Assembly (NCBI GenBank): GCA_964347045.1
Contig: CAYFXC010000004.1
Span: 1-64,000 of the forward strand
Direction of reading: 5' to 3'
Length of the DNA: 64,000 nt
From: an uncultured archaeon
GTDB taxonomy: Archaea > Asgardarchaeota > Hermodarchaeia > Hermodarchaeales > Hermodarchaeaceae
Part shown: positions 57,809-64,000 of the stretch, in pieces
Layout of the letters: the number at the start of each line of letters is the position of its first letter
Position numbering within the stretch: the stretch's first letter is position 1
Notes under the pieces: model-generated
Database searches by the model: none
Told to the model about the DNA's origin: nothing
The model's input: the letters and a program-made list of their open reading frames with translations, nothing else
Program-made: the position numbers and the translations under genes

Positions 57809-59533
57809 ATGGCAGAGTATGTTCACACATTTGATGCGATTGTAGTGGGTGGTGGGCTTTCTGGTCTACGAACTGCCATAGGGATTAATGATGCAGCACC
57901 TCATCATAAAATAGCTGTTGTTTCTAAGGTTCACCCCCTCAGGTCCCACTCAGTGGCAGCACAAGGAGGAATTAACGCAGCTCTTGGAAATCACCCCAAT
58001 GGAAGAGATGATACTTGGCGACACCATGCATTTGATACCATTAAAAGCGGCGATTATTTAGCAGATCAAAATGCAGTAGAAATCCTTGCAAAAGAAGCTC
58101 CAGATCGTGTTTTAGAACTAGCACGTTGGGGATCCGTTTTTTCTCGGTTTGATGATGGTTCCATCGCCCAACGACCTTTTGGGGGGGCAGGATTTCCTCG
58201 AACATGCTATGCCGCTGACCGAACTGGACATCACCTTTTGCACACATTATTCGAGCAGACTCTCAAGCGAGGAATTCCAATATTTGATGAACATTTCGTC
58301 TTTGACCTTATCACCGATGAAAATCGTTGTCAGGGAGCTGTTACCCTGCATCTACCCACAGGAAAAGTGAATTGTTTTTCTTCTAAAGCAACTGTTTTGG
58401 CCACCGGTGGTTGGGGCCGAATTTTTTCGTGTTCAACCAACGCTTTAATCTGTACTGGTGAAGGATGTGGCCTTGCATTAGCGAACGGGGCAGAATTACA
58501 AGATTTAGAATTTATCCAGTTTCATCCAACGACTCTTTATGGTTCAAATATTCTCATAACTGAGGGAGCGAGAGGAGAAGGTGGATATCTCTTAAATAAT
58601 AATGGAGAGCGGTTCATGGAGAAATATGCCTCAAAGGCAATGGAGTTAGCTCCTCGAGATATAGTTGCGCGAAGTATTCAAACAGAAATTAACGAAGGAC
58701 GGGGGATTAATGGAGAGAATTATGTTCATCTAGATTTGAGACATCTTGGCGCAAAACGCATCAGGGAACGATTACCAGGTATTCGTGAAATAAGTATAAA
58801 TTTCGCAGGAATCGATCCCATTGAATCACCTATTCCAGTACAGCCAAGCCAACATTATTCTATGGGAGGTATACGATGCGAGACTCCAAATGGGAATACT
58901 GCATTGAAAGGGCTTTATGCTGTTGGGGAATGTTCATCTGTGTCTGTCCATGGAGCCAATCGGCTTGGTGGAAACTCCCTTCTTGAAACTGTTGTTTTTG
59001 GAAAACTTGTCGGGCTACAAGTAGCACAAGACATAGACCAGATTCCAGAGGTTGAATCTGAATTAGCCGCAAAGCACCTCAAAGAGGGAAAATCGCGGGT
59101 AGAACGACTACTATCACAAAAGGGAACAAGTTCTCTTAGTGAAATTCGTTCTGAATTAGGATTAATTATGAACGACCATTTTGGTGTGTTTCGAAATCAT
59201 AGGCAAATGAAAGAAGGTTTGAAAAGAATCATGAAACTAAGAATAAACTATGAAAATATTGAGATAACTGAAAAACAGCCTATGTTCAATCAAACCCTCG
59301 TTGGCACCCTCGAATTGGAATATCAGCTAATTCTTGCGGAAGTGGTTGCACGAGCAGCGTATATGCGTGATGAGAGTCGTGGTGCCCATTACCGTATAGA
59401 TTTTCCTAATCGCAATGACACAAATTGGCTTTTTCACATAGTTGTTGGCATGAACAAGCAACGAGAATTAGGTTTTCGGAAAGTTTCAGTTAAGATTCTC
59501 CCAGATTATCCTATAAAGGAGCGTGCTTATTGA
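57809..59533 (+). CDS. sdhA: Succinate dehydrogenase / fumarate reductase flavoprotein subunit
   Basis: [47 protein letters not shown]. Confidence 0.95.
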   Translation: MAEYVHTFDAIVVGGGLSGLRTAIGINDAAPHHKIAVVSKVHPLRSHSVAAQGGINAALGNHPNGRDDTWRHHAFDTIKSGDYLADQNAVEILAKEAPDRVLELARWGSVFSRFDDGSIAQRPFGGAGFPRTCYAADRTGHHLLHTLFEQTLKRGIPIFDEHFVFDLITDENRCQGAVTLHLPTGKVNCFSSKATVLATGGWGRIFSCSTNALICTGEGCGLALANGAELQDLEFIQFHPTTLYGSNILITEGARGEGGYLLNNNGERFMEKYASKAMELAPRDIVARSIQTEINEGRGINGENYVHLDLRHLGAKRIRERLPGIREISINFAGIDPIESPIPVQPSQHYSMGGIRCETPNGNTALKGLYAVGECSSVSVHGANRLGGNSLLETVVFGKLVGLQVAQDIDQIPEVESELAAKHLKEGKSRVERLLSQKGTSSLSEIRSELGLIMNDHFGVFRNHRQMKEGLKRIMKLRINYENIEITEKQPMFNQTLVGTLELEYQLILAEVVARAAYMRDESRGAHYRIDFPNRNDTNWLFHIVVGMNKQRELGFRKVSVKILPDYPIKERAY

Positions 59534-59534
59534 T

Positions 59535-60293
59535 ATGCCCAAGTTCACTCGATTCAAGGTTTTTCGATATAACCCAGAAAATAAACCAAAAAGTCGGTAT
59601 GATGAGTTTGATGTTCCTCTTAATCCTGGAATGACAATTTTAGATGGCCTCTTTTACATTCAACACAACCTTGACCAAAGCATGGCTTTCCGATACTCAT
59701 GTCGGGGGGCAGTTTGTGGGAGCTGTGCGATAATTATCAATAAAGTTCCTCGTCTTGCGTGCCGAACTCAAATTGTCAACTTAATGAATGAGAAGATATT
59801 GGAACTCAAGGCACCATATGGGAAACTTCAACATACAATTGATTTCAATCCAGAACAAGAAGTGTTATTGGAACCGTTACCTAATTTTGAACTTATCAAA
59901 GACCTTGTTGTAGAACTCAAACCGTTCTGGGAAAAACTCGAAAAAATCCGTCCGTGGATTATTACCCAAAAACCTTCCGAAAAAATGTCTCCTGAACTCG
60001 CTCACCGCCTTGATCGGGTAGCGAATTGTTTTCTCTGTGCGCTCTGTTATGGATCTTGTCCTATCAACAATCGTTTTGAGGAGTATGTAGGTCCAGCGGC
60101 GTTAGCTCGAGCTTGGCGTTTCATTGTAGATTCCACCGATGAAGTTACCCAAGAGAGACTAGCGAACCTTAAATCCAAACCCGGTGGGGCTTTAGGATGC
60201 GAATATTTTTACAATTGTGTCAAGGTATGCCCTCGAAAGGTCGCTCCAGCCCTGGAAATTCGGAAAATTCATCAAAAAATGGGAATAGAATAA
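59535..60293 (+). CDS. sdhB: Succinate dehydrogenase / fumarate reductase Fe-S subunit
   Basis: SCRGAVCGSC…AC; CFLCALCYGSCP; CEYFYNCVKVCP. Confidence 0.95.
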   Translation: MPKFTRFKVFRYNPENKPKSRYDEFDVPLNPGMTILDGLFYIQHNLDQSMAFRYSCRGAVCGSCAIIINKVPRLACRTQIVNLMNEKILELKAPYGKLQHTIDFNPEQEVLLEPLPNFELIKDLVVELKPFWEKLEKIRPWIITQKPSEKMSPELAHRLDRVANCFLCALCYGSCPINNRFEEYVGPAALARAWRFIVDSTDEVTQERLANLKSKPGGALGCEYFYNCVKVCPRKVAPALEIRKIHQKMGIE

Positions 60294-60302
60294 TCATAGG
60301 AG

Positions 60303-61691
60303 TTGTTGAATATTAAAACTAGAAAAGAAATGGATTCTCTTGGAGAACTTGAGGTTCCTGCTAGGGCACTTTATGGAATTCAAACACTTCGGGCGAAAAA
60401 TAATTTTCCTATCACCGAAGGCTCCCCCCATGCGGAGTTTATCATTGCATATGCACATGTGAAAAAAGCGGCAGCCCAAACGAACCTTGAGACTAAGAAA
60501 CTAGCGAAAGAAATCGCTGAACCTATTATTCAAGCAGCCACTGAAATCACTACTGGCCAACACCTTGAACAATTCATTATAGATAGACTCGCGAACATTA
60601 CCTCCTTTAACATGAACGCCAATGAAGTGATTGCTAACCGAGCGCTCGATCTACTCGGAAAACCCCGTGGAAAAAAAAGCATTATCCACCCAAATGATCA
60701 CGTCAATATGAGTCAAAGCACCAACGACACTTTCCCAACTGCCATGGCAATTGCCATTCTTCAAACATGGAAACCCCTCAAGGAGGTTTTGGAACTTCTT
60801 CGTGATACGTTTTGGCAAAAAGGGAAAACTTGGCAAGATTTGCTGAAATCGGGTCGAACTCATCTTCAAGATGCAACACCTATTAGTCTTGGAGCCGAAT
60901 TCCAAATGTATGGCACAGTAATCAACAAACAAATCAATGGACTTGAACAGGCTTTAGAAAATGTTCGACTGGTTCCTATTGGTGGAACTGCTGTTGGAAC
61001 GGGAGTTAATACTCCCCCTAACTATATCAAACATTTCCTTGCGTTTATCCAAAAAGACGGTATTCAATTATCAACTCCTAAAGACCTGCCCTATATTCAA
61101 GCATCACGTCACAATCTATCACGATTCTCTGGATCTCTTCGAGAATTAGCCCTCGAACTCATCAGAATCGCTAATGATCTCCGCCTCCTTTCATCAGGAC
61201 CAACTAGCGGAATTGGCGAAATTGAGCTTCCTGCTGTACAGCCTGGTAGTTCGATTATGCCAGGAAAAGTCAATCCAGTAATGGCAGAATCTCTCAATAT
61301 GCTAGCTTTTCGCATTCTTGGTAATGACACAATGGTCTCATACGCAGTTCAAGCCGGTCAACTCGAACTAAATGTGATGATGCCCTTAATGATAGATGCG
61401 ATTCTCGATTCCATGAAAATGCTCATCCGTTATATCCCTGTATTTACAAAAAATTGCATTAACGGAATCATTCCCAACGTGAAAGCAATAGAGGCTAACC
61501 TAGAAAAAAACGCCAGTTTGGTAACCCTCCTTTCTCCGATTATTGGGTATGATAAAGCTGCAGAGCTAGCTAAGGAAGCCCGAGCGAAAAACCAAGCCAT
61601 TCGAAAACTAGCAAAGGAAAAGAACCTTCTCTCAGATGAAGAACTAGATCACCTCTTCTCCTCGGCAAACAAAAACAGCCAAAAACCCTGA
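60303..61691 (+). CDS. fumC: Class II fumarase (aspartase not excluded)
   Basis: HPNDHVN..QSTND, GRTHLQDATP, GSSIMPGKVNP; follows sdhAB. Confidence 0.7.
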   Translation: MLNIKTRKEMDSLGELEVPARALYGIQTLRAKNNFPITEGSPHAEFIIAYAHVKKAAAQTNLETKKLAKEIAEPIIQAATEITTGQHLEQFIIDRLANITSFNMNANEVIANRALDLLGKPRGKKSIIHPNDHVNMSQSTNDTFPTAMAIAILQTWKPLKEVLELLRDTFWQKGKTWQDLLKSGRTHLQDATPISLGAEFQMYGTVINKQINGLEQALENVRLVPIGGTAVGTGVNTPPNYIKHFLAFIQKDGIQLSTPKDLPYIQASRHNLSRFSGSLRELALELIRIANDLRLLSSGPTSGIGEIELPAVQPGSSIMPGKVNPVMAESLNMLAFRILGNDTMVSYAVQAGQLELNVMMPLMIDAILDSMKMLIRYIPVFTKNCINGIIPNVKAIEANLEKNASLVTLLSPIIGYDKAAELAKEARAKNQAIRKLAKEKNLLSDEELDHLFSSANKNSQKP

Positions 61692-61721
61692 AATCAAAGA
61701 AAAGTATGTTGTGATTTTGAT

Positions 61722-62258
61722 ATGACGAATCTATGGCGGGAAATATCACCAGGTCCTAATCCACCCAAGCGTGTGCATGTAATTGTAGAAGTCCCCAAAG
61801 GCGAGACGAATAAATATGAATACAATCATGATTTGGGGTTTTTTCTGCTAGATCGTGTCTTGTATGGAGCTTTATATTTCCCAGCTGACTATGGAATCAT
61901 TCCACAGACATGGTACACTGACAACGATCCCTTAGATATTATGGTTTTAACATCAAAACCAACTTTTACTGGTTGCATCTTAGAAGCACGACCAATTGGT
62001 GTATTGACTATGGAAGATGAGAAAGGTGAAGATGATAAGATCATCGCGGTTCCAGTAAAAGATCCTCGGTTTGATGAACTCACGGATTGTTCTTTGATGG
62101 CAAAGCATCTTCGAGCAGAAATTGCCGATTTTTTCTTGAATTACAAGAATCTTGAACCTCGTAAATGGGTCAAAGTCAAAGAATGGAAAGACTCTCCAGA
62201 AGCAGAGAAATTAATTTCAATGGCCATTAAACTATATCAAGAACAGATTAGCGACTAG
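61722..62258 (+). CDS. ppa: Family I inorganic pyrophosphatase
   Basis: NKYEY, LDRVL, DYGIIPQT, DNDPLD, DDKII, YKNLE. Confidence 0.95.
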   Translation: MTNLWREISPGPNPPKRVHVIVEVPKGETNKYEYNHDLGFFLLDRVLYGALYFPADYGIIPQTWYTDNDPLDIMVLTSKPTFTGCILEARPIGVLTMEDEKGEDDKIIAVPVKDPRFDELTDCSLMAKHLRAEIADFFLNYKNLEPRKWVKVKEWKDSPEAEKLISMAIKLYQEQISD

Positions 62259-62856
62259 CAAATTTTGCAGAAGCATTTTTCCGTTTTCGGCGAGTGAAAA
62301 ACAATCTAATGCTGGGAATTAGGAAAGGGGTTTTTCTCTTGTACTCAAGATATTTTTCTCCAAACCGACGTTTTAAGTTAGGTTCCTCACGTTTTTTAAT
62401 AATAATGAGTTGAACACCTAATACTATTAGAGGTATGAATAAAGCCATTCCAAGAGATCTAAAAAGTAAGCCCATACCCAACGGAAGCAGTGTGTATCCA
62501 AAGGTTATGGGGTTTCGCGTATACGCAAAGATGCCTGTAGTAATGAGAACCGTTGACTGAGATTGATCTTCAGCTTCACCCCATGGCAACCCTTTCCCAA
62601 TATCCCGTAGCTGTCGAGTAGCTTTGATACCAATTGTGGCACCGCCTACCATAATAGAGATGCCAGAAATGATATTGTATGGGAATGGAGGAAAACTGGG
62701 GAGTAGCAATAAAGCATCAAGCCACGACCCCAAAAGGAAAGTTCCAACAGGTACCAAGAGAAAGATTAGCAAGTATGGGATAAAATAGCGTAACCGAAGT
62801 ACGGGTTTAGTGGTTGAAGCTGTACTAGTTTGAGTATCCGATATCATTGTATCCAT
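62248..62856 (-). CDS. ICMT/PEMT-family membrane methyltransferase
   Basis: LITTGIFAYTRNP, EE..L..RFGEKY.EY…P. Confidence 0.85.
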   Translation of the reverse strand: MDTMISDTQTSTASTTKPVLRLRYFIPYLLIFLLVPVGTFLLGSWLDALLLLPSFPPFPYNIISGISIMVGGATIGIKATRQLRDIGKGLPWGEAEDQSQSTVLITTGIFAYTRNPITFGYTLLPLGMGLLFRSLGMALFIPLIVLGVQLIIIKKREEPNLKRRFGEKYLEYKRKTPFLIPSIRLFFTRRKRKNASAKFASR

Positions 62857-62863
62857 CCAGAAA

Positions 62864-62940
62864 TGGCGGGCCCGCAGGGATTCGAACCCTGGTTCTTCGG
62901 CTTAGAGGGCCGATGCCTTATCCAGCTTGGCCACGGGCCC
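62864..62940 (-). tRNA. tRNA-Arg (anticodon TCT), intronless, CCA encoded, C at position 33
   Basis: Acceptor GGGCCCG/CGGGCCC, discriminator G, CCA; D arm GCC…GGC with A20; anticodon arm TCGGC-CCTCTAA-GCCGA; T arm CAGGG-TTCGAAT-CCCTG. Confidence 0.93.
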
Positions 62941-63049
62941 GGATTTTAGGAAATAAGGAATTCGGGATATTCGATGAAGATAGCAGTAAGAGCTGGATAT
63001 ATTTTTATCTATACATCGTGTGGTGAGAGTAGAATGGCGGGTGTTATCG

Positions 63050-63265
63050 ATGGACATAGATCATAGTTCCATAGAGGACGCATTACCTAGTAGCGTTACA
63101 GAGATTCAAATCACTGAATCCAAGACTGTTCGGGCACTTTTAAAGGAATTGGGCTTACTTTACCGACACTATGTGGTCTTGGTAGATGGAAAGCGCGCCC
63201 ATTTAGCAGATGAAATCAAAGAAGGGCAACGTGTTATTGTTCTTCCAATCATTGCAGGGGGGTAA
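63050..63265 (+). CDS. MoaD/ThiS/SAMP ubiquitin-like sulfur carrier
   Basis: VVLVDG…VIVLPIIAGG C-terminal diglycine; start uncertain (63020 or 63050). Confidence 0.85.
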   Translation: MDIDHSSIEDALPSSVTEIQITESKTVRALLKELGLLYRHYVVLVDGKRAHLADEIKEGQRVIVLPIIAGG

Positions 63266-63271
63266 ATTCAC

Positions 63272-64000
63272 CTACCTAAATTCAATTTTTTCTTCTGTGG
63301 GCAAAAAGACGGGAATTTTACTATTAAATTCTTTTTTGAGTTCTTCTATTGCTTTAACATAATTGTTTTTAGAAACCCGTGTAGTTAAGTGTGTGAGAAG
63401 AACCCGTTTCACTTGCCCATGGTGAAAAACCTCGAAGGCTTGTCGTAATGTTAAATGAGGAGCTTCCTTGGCCGGAATCCATTGCGGATGAATCCACGAA
63501 GCATCAATAATCAATAGATCGGCTTCACGAACTTCATCTTCAAGGTGTGGTGCTGGACCTGTATCACCGGTGTAGACAATAGTACGACTTCGCGATGGCA
63601 ACAAGTATTCATGTGATCGAATAGTTTTGGAGCGGAGCCGAACTGATTTTTCCTGAGCTAGATCACTCCATTTTTTCTTTGGAATCCCATCGGCTTCGAG
63701 CTTTGCAGTGTTTAATCGTCGCTTAGGGGATTCCGATATCGTAAATCCACAACTAGGACTAGGATGGTTAACTTCAAATGCCCGAATTGTCAATTTCCCA
63801 ATTTTCACTGGTTTTTTTCCAGAGGGAAGTGGATGAAGCTTAATAAAGCCGGGTTCTCCCGAGATTTGGTACATTTGTTGAACTGTTGGGCCAATTTCTT
63901 GAGGAAATACTAAAAGAAGTTCATGGTTCCAATCACGCTGATTCAGGAACCAAAGTAGTGGTGGTAGACCCCATAGATGGTCGAGATGCGCATGGGAGAG
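63272..64000 (-). CDS. rnz: RNase Z-like metallo-beta-lactamase-fold nuclease, 5' truncated by window edge
   Basis: Frame open to 64000 reads LSHAHLDHLWGL (HxHxDH); flexible-arm insert; YTGDT; LTHL. Confidence 0.8.
   Translation of the reverse strand, partial: LSHAHLDHLWGLPPLLWFLNQRDWNHELLLVFPQEIGPTVQQMYQISGEPGFIKLHPLPSGKKPVKIGKLTIRAFEVNHPSPSCGFTISESPKRRLNTAKLEADGIPKKKWSDLAQEKSVRLRSKTIRSHEYLLPSRSRTIVYTGDTGPAPHLEDEVREADLLIIDASWIHPQWIPAKEAPHLTLRQAFEVFHHGQVKRVLLTHLTTRVSKNNYVKAIEELKKEFNSKIPVFLPTEEKIEFR

Noticed and set aside
1619-62083. Many 60-170 aa ORFs antisense to or nested in longer genes (e.g. 3905..4324, 9029..9439, 25080..25589, 30085..30519)
   Set aside because: Shadow frames of well-supported genes with no motifs
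15236-62856. CAAX prenylation pathway (prenyltransferase-fold protein plus ICMT-family gene)
   Set aside because: Genes are over 40 kb apart, the prenyltransferase-fold protein is extracellular, and ICMT/PEMT-family genes are widespread in prokaryotes
62864-62940. tRNA as an integration site
   Set aside because: No integrase and no duplicated tRNA 3' end seen in the window
1-64000. Selenoprotein or stop-codon readthrough at TGA-ending genes (e.g. 2053, 5162, 7398, 15175, 61691)
   Set aside because: The proteins look complete at those stops and no redox motif is interrupted
1-64000. CRISPR array, IS/transposase, integrase or provirus, rRNA
   Set aside because: No regularly spaced repeats or hallmark genes seen by eye; short or degenerate repeats could have been missed

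Overview
64 kb of gene-dense chromosomal DNA from an archaeon, most likely an Asgard archaeon (inference from an Asgard-type longin protein, a roadblock protein, a histone, AfpA, DUF354, DUF2769, tungsten AOR, and archaeal BRE/TATA and GGTGA/GGAGG RBS motifs). I see about 55 CDS and one tRNA-Arg(TCT), and no rRNA, CRISPR, transposase, integrase or provirus. Most notable: (1) a 10 kb stretch (3.4-13.7 kb) rich in eukaryote-like trafficking-type proteins: an alpha-SNAP-like protein, a longin+DENN(folliculin-like)+wHTH protein, a roadblock protein and a MIT-like+PLD protein recalling MITD1; (2) a ~140 nt structured leader upstream of a GH3 acyl-amido synthetase gene, with two mutually exclusive pairings, one burying the RBS (riboswitch-like); (3) an SCP2 / dehydrogenase / FGGY kinase / class II aldolase / AOR operon between nfnA and nfnB, whose enzyme logic fits cleavage of a lipid-linked polyol; (4) a DMT transporter fused to a RAM domain next to a stand-alone RAM protein; (5) a tRNA-Arg with C33 instead of the near-invariant U33. 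All family calls come from motif recognition by eye, and comparisons to human proteins use sequences recalled from memory; no searches were run.
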